Assembly (NCBI GenBank): GCA_000442015.1
Contig: KE561300.1
Coordinates: forward strand, 62,001 to 126,000
From: Rozella allomycis CSF55
Lineage: Eukaryota
DNA length: 64,000 nucleotides
Reading direction: 5' to 3'
A program made the position numbers and the translations under genes. Numbering within the stretch: position 1 is the stretch's first letter; each line of letters starts with the position of its first letter. The notes beneath the pieces were generated by a model. It saw only the letters and a list, made by a program, of their open reading frames with translations. It was not told the origin of the DNA and searched no databases. This document shows, piece by piece, positions 13,405 to 27,445 of this stretch.

Positions 13405-15105
13405 TTAGCTTTTGACACCGTAAAATCGGCGGTATACTTGAATATATTGATCTGCAGACGAAAATGGCTTCAGCCAAGAGAAACCAAGCGCATACCAAAT
13501 ATTTGAAACAATCCATTCTTCTTTAGAAATGTCGTTTAAATGATTCCACAAATTCAGGAATTCAGATATTGCTTCCCAAGGGTCATTACCGTACTTGAAT
13601 GTGTTGAAATTTACAGAAGATATTTTGTATGGATTGATCCAACAATTTGATTCCGTGGAATTGGATACAGAGAGAAGAATGGGGATACACCTGTTAGCCC
13701 GTCTCTGGAAGAATTTGTTTCCGTTATTTCTAAATCTTTGGTCAATTGTTTTCCTTAAAAGTAAAAATTCATTTAAACCTCCAGCCATAGTAGAAATAAT
13801 GACATGTCCAAAATATAGAGCCTCTAGAGCAACCAAACCAAACGCTTCAGTCACGGAGCCTACGATTGACAAGTCACAAGCTGCTCTTATAGAAGATCCG
13901 TAATCGTCTTGAATACTTTTATCTAATATCAATAATGAATGAGCATAATGTAATTCTATTTGACTCTTTAATTTTTCAATATCTATGTCGTGAAATTGTT
14001 GCCCCATAATTATAAAGAAAATTTTAATATCATTTAATTCATTATGCTGCGCAATTCTTTTAATCAAGCCAAAAAAGTGATCAGCGCCTTTCTCCTTACT
14101 GATTCTGCCTACAAAGAGCATCCAAACTTCATTACGTAGGGATTCCTTTGGCATAACACTTATATGCACCAAATATTCACGAATACTCTTGCGAATGTGT
14201 AATATTTTGAAAAACTCGAAAGGCTTAATTGGATATCGAACCTTCATTTTGTTATTAAAGAACGGGCTCAAAGAGTCTGCCGTGTTGCCAATTTTTATTA
14301 CCTCTAGACAGTTTGGTATGACAACGACTTTTTCCAGTGAATTCGCTATCTTTTTTATCATATGTCTAATGTTGAAGGTAAATGAGTTGACCGCATCGTC
14401 CAATAGTCGTCTTTGTGTATCAGTTGAGACTGTGGTGATCGTGTTGGCATGCGACAGTCCAAATACTGAAGGTTTGAATTGTGACAGAAACCATATTCTG
14501 GGATTTATTAAATCTTTGAAAAATATTCTCAAATCTTGAATTTCCAAGGAATAATCGAATTCAAAGGTGCAGTCGTGGACAGTGTACACAAAAGGCACCC
14601 ACATATAATATTTTATGAGCCCTACTAATGCATTTGTTGAGCCATGAGCATTAATTATTAAATTATACTGTTTGCCGAGAACTTTAGCGAATTCAATTGC
14701 GGTTTTTACAAAGAATAGATCTTTCCAGTCATTTGTCAAATAAATCTGCTTTTCTGGATCTCCGTATATTTCATTCTCGTTTGAAGCATAATATGATATA
14801 TTAAAGGGGAACTTATTGCCTTGACCAGCCAGAAAAAGTACAACATCGCCATCCTTTATCCTCCAAATGGGCACAGATATCGTTGTATACGAAATATTAA
14901 CATTTACATGACATTCTAAACTAATATCAGTATATCGAGTTTTTAAAAATGAATAAAATGGAATCAAAACAGAAATTTTTAGAGTCGAGGCGGCAATGGA
15001 TTGAGCATTAGCTAGAGCAGTTATGAGAGTCCCCATTCCCCCAAATTTCGCCTTTCCATATTCCTTCGAAATATGCAATACTAAATTTGGTTTATATAAT
15101 GTCAT
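13405..15105 (-). CDS. Intronless GT-B glycosyltransferase, starch/glycogen-synthase-like (GT5/GT4)
   Basis: EYGKAKFGGMG (KxGG motif), VYTVHD, ITTVS, VIPN, FVGRISKEKG, S.TEAFGLVALEAL. Confidence 0.82.
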   Translation of the reverse strand: MTLYKPNLVLHISKEYGKAKFGGMGTLITALANAQSIAASTLKISVLIPFYSFLKTRYTDISLECHVNVNISYTTISVPIWRIKDGDVVLFLAGQGNKFPFNISYYASNENEIYGDPEKQIYLTNDWKDLFFVKTAIEFAKVLGKQYNLIINAHGSTNALVGLIKYYMWVPFVYTVHDCTFEFDYSLEIQDLRIFFKDLINPRIWFLSQFKPSVFGLSHANTITTVSTDTQRRLLDDAVNSFTFNIRHMIKKIANSLEKVVVIPNCLEVIKIGNTADSLSPFFNNKMKVRYPIKPFEFFKILHIRKSIREYLVHISVMPKESLRNEVWMLFVGRISKEKGADHFFGLIKRIAQHNELNDIKIFFIIMGQQFHDIDIEKLKSQIELHYAHSLLILDKSIQDDYGSSIRAACDLSIVGSVTEAFGLVALEALYFGHVIISTMAGGLNEFLLLRKTIDQRFRNNGNKFFQRRANRCIPILLSVSNSTESNCWINPYKISSVNFNTFKYGNDPWEAISEFLNLWNHLNDISKEEWIVSNIWYALGFSWLKPFSSADQYIQVYRRFYGVKS

Positions 15106-15273
15106 GCCAACCCGTGTTACAAAGTTGTGCGGTACAAGAAATTCAATTGGGACGCCTATGCATTTAAAGTTCTTTTATTACTGGTATAATTTGTGTAAAG
15201 AATATTCAAAATTATGAAGATGTATATAACAATCAACCGCACACCCGCCATTTCAGAAATTAGAAATTTGGAT

Positions 15274-15904
15274 TTAACAATAAATATTGCATTCTTCACA
15301 AAAGCATGTAAAGTAAAACTCCCCTTCATAATCTGTTGATAATTGTAGTTTCATCGTGCCATCGTAATGGAATCTATTCAGTCTGGTTCATAAAACATTA
15401 ATAATTTACCTATGGTCGCTAATAGACTGTTTTATATTATGAATCAATTGCATGTCATTAGGTAACCCCGCTTGGGGAACTTCCAGCTTAATATATATCT
15501 TGCACACTTCACATGAAGCCGTATTTGTAAAATGATTCAAGCTCATTCCATGTGAATGATCAAAAAGGCACGGAATTAGTTTTGTATCGGCAGTATTAGA
15601 TTCTTCCAATGTTAAAAAGTCTGACTCTTCTAATTCTTCCTTTGCACAAAGTCTCCTCATGAAATCTTCATGTTCTTCTCTTTCCACTTGAAAAATAGCA
15701 TTCATCATTTCCTATCTTCTTTTTCAAATGTCATTTTACGTCAGATCTTTTATTCTCTAATCTTTTCTCAGTATTTTTGAGTGTTGGAAATCTGTGTTTT
15801 CGGTTAATGTTATGTGACGCCTCTTTAATGTTTAATCTTCTGGGAGATGAGTGTGACGTTGTCTGGATAGTCTTCACTGCCTTTATTGGTGAAGTAAATG
15901 GCAT
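15274..15904 (-). CDS. RPA-interacting protein (RIP/RPAIN)-like, Cys-rich C-terminus
   Basis: Basic N-terminus, acidic middle, C..CEVC..H..CEEC tail across 3 exons. Confidence 0.45.
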
Positions 15905-16010
15905 CTTGACGCTGAAATTTCTTGAATTATAGAATTCTAGGGCAACCAACTTTAAAGATTTGCTAACTTAAATTAGTAAATGTGTATTTAAAATTTTCCA
16001 GGTAATTTAT

Positions 16011-16300
16011 TTAGTTTGAAATTTTCTCCAGAGCCTCCATTAAGACAACAGAATTTCCTCGTAAGACCTTTGTTGTATGTGTATATTATTTACCACCATC
16101 CCAAGAGTGTTGGTTTCTGTGTTACTGACTTCCTCAACTGCCTCATCGAGGACTAAATTCATAAAGGGGTCGAAACCACGTAAAACGCCTTTTACTCTTC
16201 TTTTTCCGTTGACTTCTAATAAGAGGCGTTTATCTAAATATCTGTTTTATAAAACCTGTGAATATTACTTTTTTAATTCTGGATTTGGAATACGAGGCAT
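16011..16300 (-). CDS. SNRPG: Small nuclear ribonucleoprotein G (Sm G); missed by the ORF track
   Basis: Spliced [64 protein letters not shown]. Confidence 0.93.
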
Positions 16301-16364
16301 CGAGTGTGGCTAGGATGAAATTTTTGGTATATTTCAAGCTAAAAGAATTTAAATTATATTTATT

Positions 16365-18308
16365 TTATTCCGATATAATAAGATTGTTTTTACAATAAGG
16401 ACAAGTTACATTCCAAGTCAAAATTTCTTCCTCGCACGAATCGCAATAGTACCTTCGAACCAACGACAGTTTACTATGTTCTGGTTCATTGTATTTCTGA
16501 ATGATAGGTTCAGGAGTTGTCAAAACGCCATCTCTTAATTTTGATATCTGAATCAAGGTAATTTGCTTATATTACACGCGAAACTTCATAGTTGATTGCA
16601 TCTATCCATAAATTCATATTTTCGAAATTCCGAGCTTGAAATAGATAAGAATCTTTTTTTGAAAGGTTTAATCGAAATACGAATGGACGTTTTGTGTAAT
16701 CATTTGCTATTTCAGCGTTAGATTTTAGGCTTAAACAGTAACATAAAGGCTTCGAGAACTATTAAGTTGAGAAATTACGTGATTACCAGTGAAGTCTTTT
16801 TTAGAATTAATTTCCCATTTGCCAGAGTTACGTTGAATTCATACCATCGTCTATCTGCACATCGTAGCCCATTTTCCAAGTCTCTTTTTCTTGAAAGTTT
16901 TCCCGATCTTGTGATTTGCTCTGTATCAGTTTTTTGTGACTCGTTTGGAGCTTTATTTGTAGCTAGCGATACTGAATTTTGAGTAGCAATGCTAGGGGTT
17001 AAAGAATCGACACTGAAATGCTTGTTTACATTGAGGGTATTGTGACCGTCTGATACGCTATGCTTATGCTTTCTCCGTAATTTTGTATTTGGAATATGTT
17101 CCAAACTCAATGAGCGAACATTTTGTATTAAACTGCCAAGCACATTAGACTCTTTTTTATTTGGCTCTATATTTAATGACGTTTTGTAAGATTCATCTTC
17201 AAATATATGATAAAATTCATTCAAATAATTATCTTGGGCTAAAATTTTCTGTATTTTTTCATCTTCTATAAATGTGTAGCACGACAATTGATACAACTTA
17301 ATTTCAGATAGAATGAAGGAGAGCTGTTATTATGCATTTACATATTTTACGCGTTGTTTCTTTTCATCTACGTTTCCATTTTCGTTGACATTCGATTGGG
17401 GTACCTTTTTAATAGTTTCAATCAAATAGGTTATGTCACTCAGGTAAAGACCTTTAATATTATGTAAGTCTTAAGGTTACCAAGATATGGAATGCAAGGT
17501 GGTTTGGTATTTAATAATCTTTCTCTATACGCCTTGTTATTATCCTTCATGGACATAATTTCTAATAATCTCTCATATAGTACTTGATCTTTTCTTGGAA
17601 TCATCTAATTCTTAGAAAAGAAACCATTTTACCGCCCAAGTTTTTTGCAATCTATATATGGGTGTACTTTCCAAGGCAGATAAAACACACTTCAAAGAAT
17701 TATAGTCATTAATTTCAACCAAAAACTATTTAAGTTGCATTATGAAGGCTACTTTAGCAACACGAATGAAATAGATCAATTTGTTTAGTCTTCGCTTTGT
17801 AGATTCTACTCCCAAAATCTCTTTTACAATCCAACACGCAATCTAAAATATACCGTTATTGAATCTAATACTTGATTAAATCTTTGAGTCATCATAACAA
17901 TGTTAGGAGCCTTTTTATGCTTCTCATTTGGATTTGTCCAACTCACGCTTTGAAACTCATCAATACCTATTCTAACAAATAGTTTGCAATCCATCAGTGC
18001 CATTTGCTCCTTTTGTGTGAAAAAAATATTTTTACAGCGAAATGTTGCGGATCTACTTGAAGAATATCACTGGCATGGTCATCGATGATGTCGATATTTA
18101 CAGAGGATGCGTTTTTGCTATTTTTGACAACTGAATTACTTGAAAAGTCATCACTAGTTAATTGAGATGAAAGGCTCGAGCTAGATTTGCTAGCTATATG
18201 TTTTTCAGGGGATGAGATCTTTTGATAATACTTTGATGAAAACTATAAAAATGCAAGAATGAAATTTACTGTGGTGCTATTTTCATCTCCTGAAATTGAA
18301 AAAGACAT
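16365..18308 (-). CDS. CDC25-type RasGEF with C-terminal PH domain (RalGPS-like architecture) and terminal CxxC-CxxC
   Basis: FAEQMALMD..W....KHKKAPNIVMMTQRFNQ, PPCIPYLGLYLSD; PH SGKLSRKRD..RRW..FQARNFENMNLWIDAIN; no REM domain. Confidence 0.8.
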
Positions 18309-18399
18309 TAAAAGCCGTTATAACAATAAACAAATTGACATGGCAACTTGAGAAATAACAATTACATCAATCTAAGCCACTGTACAACGTTAGATTTCG

Positions 18400-18678
18400 A
18401 TGAAAAGATTAATGTATGCGTCTTAAAAAACATTTATTTAGTGTTGCGTTTAAAGAGGAGACAGGAAAAGACATACTCGACAACTTTAAGGATGAAATTA
18501 CAAAACTAGGCGGTAATATTCTACAAGAATATAGTATATTTCCTGGTTTCGCAATTGAATTAAGAGAAGAGAATGCCAGTAATAATATTATAATCAGAAA
18601 ATAGCAATTTTTCAAAATTTCACCCATATCGAGTCCATTGAAGAAGACTCGATAGTGCACACTATGAAACCTCAATGA
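18400..18678 (+). CDS. Peptidase inhibitor I9 (subtilisin propeptide-like) small protein
   Basis: Spliced MKRLIVAFKE..EITKLGGNILQEYSIFPGFAIEL..HIESIEEDSIVHTM. Confidence 0.8.
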
Positions 18679-18714
18679 TTAATATTGTTATAATATTAAA
18701 CAGTGTTTATTTAT

Positions 18715-20623
18715 TTAATAAAATGGATTTAATGGGCCATTTTGATTTTGAGCCTTTGTTTGGTTATTTGCAGAATTTAAGGGAGCCATTAAGTTTGCAA
18801 AAGGATCATTATTTTGAGGTTGTTGATTTGACCTACTAGTTTAAGTAAATTTACTATATAATTACGGTGTCTGATTCGAATTATATGCACTGCTTGAAGT
18901 AGAATATGAATCTATCTGGGTGAAGAGAAAGTGGTTACTAAAAGGTTGAGATGTGAATCCATTGTTTAATGAAGTGCTCGTTGGAATTGGCGCTTGGAAG
19001 GTATTTAAATTATTTTGAGTCTGAAATGGATTTGAATTAAATTGTGGCGCTGCAGGAGCTTGCATTTTTGTGCTTTGAAAATTACTCAAACCTGCAGAGG
19101 GTGCAATAGATGTACTTTGAAAACTATTCGACGCTGTGATCGAAGTGGTTTCGAAAGTATTCAAAGGTGTTGATATCCCGAACGGCGTAGCATTCATGAA
19201 TGCATTGGGTAAGCTGTCGTTTTGTTGTTGAGTTTTAAAATTGTTAAGCGAATTTTGAGGATTTTGAAACGATGCAAATTGTTGGCTTTGTGACGCAGCT
19301 GCGGGAGTTGCTGTAAAACTGTTAACCGAATTTGGCGCTCTTTGAAAAGATGAAAATTGTTGATTTTGTGAGACTGTTGCTGATGTTGCCGCTTGTGCGT
19401 TAAAACTTTGGCCAAAAGGATTGCTAAACGAATTATTCTCTTGACCGGAAAATGAACTGGTTTGATTGAAAGGATTCTCAAATTGGGTCATTTGATTAAA
19501 TTGGTTTTGACTAACATTGTTGGTAGCTTGGCCCAGTTGATTATTCGTTGTTGATGTTTGATTGTAAAGGGACAAAATGTCTCTAGTTACCCCTACATTG
19601 GAATTATTCCACTGATTTCCCAGAGTTGATGCCTGAAATGGATTTTCTGAGAATACTTGCATAGATGGGCTTTGAAAAGTATTTGCGGATTCAGCTTGAA
19701 AAGGATTTGATTCCTGTTGGGCTCCGCCAAAATCTAAGCTCAGAAGATCTTGCTGAACAAAATTAGATTTTTGCGCTGTGTTTGAAGGTGCCAATTTTTC
19801 ATTTTTGGCATTTTGTTCAGCCAGAAAAGAAACAACTTCATCCATTTTTCCATTTAATCTTTTATAAGTTTGTAAATTTAAATTTTCATCCGCAAATCCC
19901 ATATTTTTAAGTTGGTTAAGTGCATTTCTTTCTGCAGGTGTTACAGTATTACTGTTGGATGAATTATTAGCTACCAAAACATCTAAAGCTGCTGCCACAT
20001 TCCCATTCGTTTGTTTTAATGCTTCTAAACATAAATTATTGTCCGTAAATCCCATCTCATTTAATTTCCTAATTTCTGATGAATACTGGCCATATGAAGA
20101 TGAAGTCGTTGTATTCAATTGAGTGGAATTTACAGGTCTTGAATTGATACTATCTGTCCCGAAAAGTTTTCTTTCATATTTATCTCTGATGTAATGCTCA
20201 AGAGCACTATAATTGACTTAATCATTATTTACTAGTCACTTGTTGGTGCTGGATGCCTCTCGGGATGCGGGCAATAAATAGCATTCATTTTACTGTTTCC
20301 TTTTTCTTGAATACTCTTTATAAAGAAATACAAATTCTTATTTACTTTGATCTGTTCTTCAGTCCATGTGTCAAGTGTTATTGATTTTATTTTACTAATA
20401 TGAGTTCCAAGTTTCCTGTGAATTCCACCGCATCTAATACATAAAAATACACCAAGATTCCAAGACGCCCAACGAGTACCTCTAAATTATTACTTTTACT
20501 TTTACCTCTAGTGTTGCAATCTGCACAATATTTGTTGGCCTCGTCATTCATCATCTCTTGTAATATTTTTTCGTGTTTTTCATGTAGCTTCTTTTTCTCC
20601 TTTTCACTCAAAGTACTCCCCAT
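18715..20623 (-). CDS. ArfGAP (SMAP/Age2/Gts1-like) with two UBA domains and NPF-rich tail
   Basis: [41 protein letters not shown] and LKNMGF; clathrin-box-like DLLSLD; several NPF motifs. Confidence 0.9.
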
Positions 20624-20742
20624 CTTTGCTTCCAAAGTTGAAAATTCTAAATTTCCGAAAGTCAATTTAAAATCCAATAATAGCATAGCACTACTTTTAT
20701 AAAATACAGTTTATTTAATTAGTCAAAGTTCTTATCATTCAT

Positions 20743-20991
20743 TTATTTATCAGGGTAAATACAAGCCTTTGTCAATTTTCGAAAAAATGATACGAGTCCA
20801 AAATATGGGAACTTTAAAATGATTAGGAATCTGTCTTTTATATCTGATATTGAATTGTGGTAGTTTGTTAATTCTATATCAGAATTATCAATGGCTAAAA
20901 GGGAACTGGTGTCGTCGTGACAAGCCGTTTTGTATCGAAATGCATTGGGCAGTCTCTCGTATTGTAATGATTTCGGGGAATATAACATCAT
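20743..20991 (-). CDS. Possible small orphan protein (82 aa)
   Basis: ATG-started ORF filling an otherwise empty gap, with AATAAA downstream; no recognisable motif. Confidence 0.25.
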   Translation of the reverse strand: MMLYSPKSLQYERLPNAFRYKTACHDDTSSLLAIDNSDIELTNYHNSISDIKDRFLIILKFPYFGLVSFFRKLTKACIYPDK

Positions 20992-21063
20992 AATATCTTA
21001 TTGCCAGACAGGTCAATTGATAAGAGGCGCAGTATTAAATTGGGATATGAGTTCCATGGCAAC

Positions 21064-22131
21064 ATGAAAATCGAAAATGCTATTCCGATAGATGTCAATG
21101 ACATTAAATTTGATTCTAAAACACCAAAAACCTTAATTATAGTTGGATCTTTGAATTCTATACCATTTCAAAAGTCAAAAGTACTATCCAAAGTACGTCA
21201 TATGTATATGTATAAAACAGATACTAATTGATACTTTCCCTGAATGTTTTAATTTAAAAATTGAAGAAATGACGCCTTTTGAATGGCAAATCTACAAGTC
21301 ATCAGTAGTCCACGTAAAATTGACGCCGCGTATTCAATAGTCGATCCCTAAACTAAATGTGCATTCTGAAGCTATTGTATTTTACGATAACGAGTATTTG
21401 GCAGTTGCTGAATTTGTAGAGATCGTTGATAAACAATACGGAATAACTGATTCCAGGCCGGAGACTCTTTACAAGGCAATGTCTAATGCAGCTATGACCA
21501 ACTATTATAATTTAAAGGAAGTAAACAAAGTTTCTAATTCCATACTTAGAATACCATTGTTTCTTTGGAGATGAAATCGGGAGAAGAAAATATAGGGAAG
21601 CTCACTTTAGAATTATTTGACAAGATATGTCCAAAGACTATTCAAAACTTCAAAAATTTCATCAAAGGATGCTCCATACCTTCAATAGCTCCTGAAATAC
21701 TTAAATACTCTGGAACTCTAATCCATCGTGTTTCCAAAAATGCATTTATACAAGGCGGAGGTATGTCAACATATTACACTGGCAAAGACATTATAAGTTC
21801 TGGTGGTAACAACAATTTATCCAGCTTCGGAAATTTATTTGAGGGTAATGATGTAATTTCAATTGATAAAGATGAAAATTTCATTGGCAAGCATAATCAG
21901 AGGGGAATAATTTCTATGGCAAACTGTGGTCCGCATTCGAATGGAAGTCAATTCATTATCGATTTGAAAAGTCAGCCATCCTTTGATAAAAGATACGTTG
22001 TATTTGGTAGAATAATAGATGGATGTGAAACTTTGGAGAAAGTAGAAAATGTTAAGGTGGATGATTATGAGCGGCCAATCATAAATTTAGCCATTGGAAA
22101 CACTGAAATAGTATATGAATGCAATAAATAA
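21064..22131 (+). CDS. PPIL6/RSP12-like cyclophilin with N-terminal extension
   Basis: ELFDKICPKTIQNF, IHRVSKNAFIQGG, GIISMANCGPHSNGSQF, FDKRYVVFG; N-terminal IVGSLNSIPFQKSK as in PPIL6. Confidence 0.75.
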
Positions 22132-22195
22132 TGATACCTATTTTTAGGATTTGTTCCCAAATATGACCTAAATTTTCCACAACCCCTTTTGTATC

Positions 22196-22996
22196 ATGTA
22201 CCTCTTCGATTATACTTCCACGGTGACACAAGGTATTTGCAATGAATTGTGGTCTTTTCCAAACGCATATGACGACATAGTGACCTTTACTTTAGAAGGC
22301 AGTATTAGTTTCCTTACCCTAGTTATTTTGATAAGTTGCTGGTATTTCGTATACAAGAGAAACACACTTAATCCTATCAACTACATCTTGATCTTACAAA
22401 TTGCATCATCATTAGTATACTTAATCTCCCTGATAATTTTCAAGTTTTCTTTGTGCTCCTCAGCGTTTGGAATTTTGTCATTTGTTCCTGCGATAAACTT
22501 GATTCTTTTCTTCAAGGATGCTTCTTTCCATAGCTATCATAACTTTATAACGACTTGTGTCGTTATAATATTGGGGTTTGTGACTGGAATTTTATCATTC
22601 CCTTTAGATAAAATTGCATATAGTACCACAATTTCATTGATTGCTTGGTTGGTTGCAGCATCAACATTTTTCATGTACATACTCTCAGTTAGAGCCAATG
22701 AAGATGATAAAATGATTGTATCGAAAAGAAATTTTAGACTCCTTATACTGATATTGCTTGCATATTTTATGAAAGCAATCGGAACCAACGTTTATTGGGC
22801 ATTTGATGCAAACATTTACACGTTTCCCTTGTTTATGGCCACAGAATTTTTGAGTTGCTTGTTTCTTGGCAGTTATGTTATATGTCAAAGTGATATTGTG
22901 AGATATGAACCGCTCAACTGCAGGTGGTGGATTGCCATTATAGTCATTTCTCTCGCCATTACGTCGTTGGTTTTTGGATTGATGCGTTTTCTCTAA
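22196..22996 (+). CDS. Intronless orphan polytopic membrane protein (~7-8 TM)
   Basis: 266-aa ORF with regularly spaced hydrophobic segments. Confidence 0.65.
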   Translation: MYLFDYTSTVTQGICNELWSFPNAYDDIVTFTLEGSISFLTLVILISCWYFVYKRNTLNPINYILILQIASSLVYLISLIIFKFSLCSSAFGILSFVPAINLILFFKDASFHSYHNFITTCVVIILGFVTGILSFPLDKIAYSTTISLIAWLVAASTFFMYILSVRANEDDKMIVSKRNFRLLILILLAYFMKAIGTNVYWAFDANIYTFPLFMATEFLSCLFLGSYVICQSDIVRYEPLNCRWWIAIIVISLAITSLVFGLMRFL

Positions 22997-23069
22997 GCAT
23001 AAAGTTAAATAAATTGTTTATCTTTATTTTTTAAGTTCAATTATATTTGTTTATCTTTATTGTTTGTTG

Positions 23070-24460
23070 ATGCCCTCGAATTTGATCTCTTCTGAAACTG
23101 TATATTCATTTGAGCATTATATTGAGTCTAATGATTTAACATCCTTATTTACCCAAATAGGTACAGAAATAGCACAATCACAACCTGAAAATCTAATTCA
23201 ACATCTTATTGATTATCTTTCAGCTGAGAAAAGTAACAAAAATGTATCTATTATCAAAGAACAAACAATACTGTTTTTCTGCGCTCCAATACAGGAAAGA
23301 GCTAGAATCGCCCAGACGGTAGCGAAACTAACCGGATTGCCTTTATTATCCCCATCCGTTATTGTTCAAAATGCTTATGATAGTGGTGACTCTGCAGCAT
23401 TTCAGGCTATGGGATACATCAATGATGGCAAATTAATACCAGATGAACTACTGAATATGTTGATGAAACCTATCTTAAAAGAAACCAAGAAGCATGGTGG
23501 ATTATTGTTTAATTTTCCACTAACTCGACAGCAAATTATGATTTTAAAAAGGGAAAAAGTTTATCCAGACAAATTGGGTAAATATATACCGTTGAATCAA
23601 CAGTTTTTATCACCACGTCAAATTCAAAGGATATGAACATTGATTGCCATACGTTGAACGAGTTTAATATCTTGTCTGAAATGGTTTCAAACAACTATGC
23701 CAAGAGCATTCAAAGGCATTTCGATGTAGATGTCATTGATAATCTCGGATTATTACCGAACAATGATGTCTTGGATGGATCTCTTCTTTCCAATGTCCTT
23801 GATTTTATATATGAAAAGGAGTTTAGAACATTTTCTCATCCTTTTAAGTTATTTCTATGCACCAGCGATAATTCAAAATCAATGGAACTAAAATGTGAAA
23901 GTATAGGAATACGTTTAGCATCCAAACATAACTTGGTTTTAAGTAAATCTTAAAATATTAAAGTTTTAGTAACGGCAAAAACTCTTATTGAATATGGCAT
24001 ACACAATTCAATGATTCAAGAGGTTGAAGGAATAGAGATAGAAATTGATCAATGTAAAGCGTATATTAAATATAGAACAAGTGTCTTCCGTGAAAATTTC
24101 AGAGTTATTACATCATAGACTTTTAGAAAAAGACGCTAGACAAAAAGGGTTCGTTGTTTGTGGTCTACCCAAAAATGAGCTTGATTCAAAAGCTTTCGTA
24201 AACAAAGGCATATACCCAACAAAGTATCTTTATTACGTTGAATTTTCAGGATATTTTACTTTACATGTTTAGATCAAAGAATATCCAAGCCATGGTCACA
24301 ATACTTAGATACTAAGTCCAATAATTTGGATACTAAGTTTGAAGCGCTACTTGAATCGTTTGGGGACAGATTTATACGTGAAATACCAAAGAAATTATCA
24401 TCGGAAGACGTTGCGGATTTTGTAGAATTTGAGCTTAATAAACAATCTACTGCCTATTAA
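23070..24460 (+). CDS. Adenylate kinase 8-like protein (Dpy30/RIIa-like N-terminus plus two degenerate AK domains)
   Basis: YIESNDLTSLF..QPENLIQHLIDYL; GKLIPDELL; GGLLFNFPLTRQQ; RLLEKDARQKGFVVCGLPKN. Confidence 0.65.
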
Positions 24461-24615
24461 AATTTTTTGTAAAAAGGTCGAAGATATTATATGAGGTATA
24501 GTTAAATCAAATCCAATCATGAATTCTTCTGCATATACCTTTATAGCATTCTTCAAAGTCAATTTTAAAAATGACTATAAACTTTTCTAAACCTTATTTT
24601 TCTTGAAATTTCAAT

Positions 24616-25515
24616 ATGCACAGGGCCCTGTACAACGTCGCCGAATATCTTTCTCCAGTATTAAAAACCTCGAGATTTGAAGAAATTGGTGTAATCACTC
24701 CTGATGAGGTAAATTTTATTGGTAGGGCTAATAGTTTGTCTCGGCGGGCGACTTTCTCGTGCGAAAATGTCCAACTTGGCAATGGTAATTAATCAATTTG
24801 AATTCAATAGGGGATCCACTCACAATAAATTTAAATCGTATTTGCCCAAAGAAAAGAGCTACCTGGTCACTAGAAATGTTCCATGCTTCAAGAGAATACA
24901 TGAAATGAATGACCATATTGTAGAATTGGGGATTGAAGACGATGAATGGACTTTAACCGAATCAAATGCATCAAACGGTACGTTATGTAAAATTTAATGT
25001 TTAGAAACCAAGATTCCTGATCTAAACCAGATGAATGAAGATGATATCAACGACAAAGAAAATAAAGGCATAAATGGGCAATGCGTTATTGACTTTAGCA
25101 CTAATAAAAATGTTTTAAAAACCCGTACGTACACGATATACATTACGTATGACAAATTCTATCAATCGCCTAGAATTTGGTTGCAAGGATACAATGAGGT
25201 AACTTTCAAGGAAGTAAAAAATAGGATGGACAGCCGCTAATAAAATCAGAAGTTTTCGAAGATATTTCTCAGGAACATGCGCTTAAGACTGTTACATTTG
25301 AAATGCACCCTTTTCTTGGGATTCCAATGGCTACCATTCATCCATGTAGACACGCTGAAGTAATGAAAAAACTTATTGATTTGGCTTCTGAAACAAATTC
25401 TTTAATCCGAGCAGACCAGTAATGTTTAAATCAAAATAGAAGAAGATATTTGGTGCTATTCTTGAAATTCATATCTTCCGTTTTACCAACAATTGAATAT
25501 GACTACACAATGTGA
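24616..25515 (+). CDS. ATG3: Autophagy E2-like enzyme Atg3
   Basis: [51 protein letters not shown]; catalytic [22 protein letters not shown]. Confidence 0.95.
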
Positions 25516-25517
25516 AT

Positions 25518-27403
<1,886 letters not shown>

Positions 27404-27445
27404 ATTTGAAGCCTGTATAAAATAAGATAGCAACCAAATATTTAT

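Noticed and set aside
22196-22996. Microbial rhodopsin call
   Set aside because: No DxxxK retinal-binding Lys in the candidate helix 7
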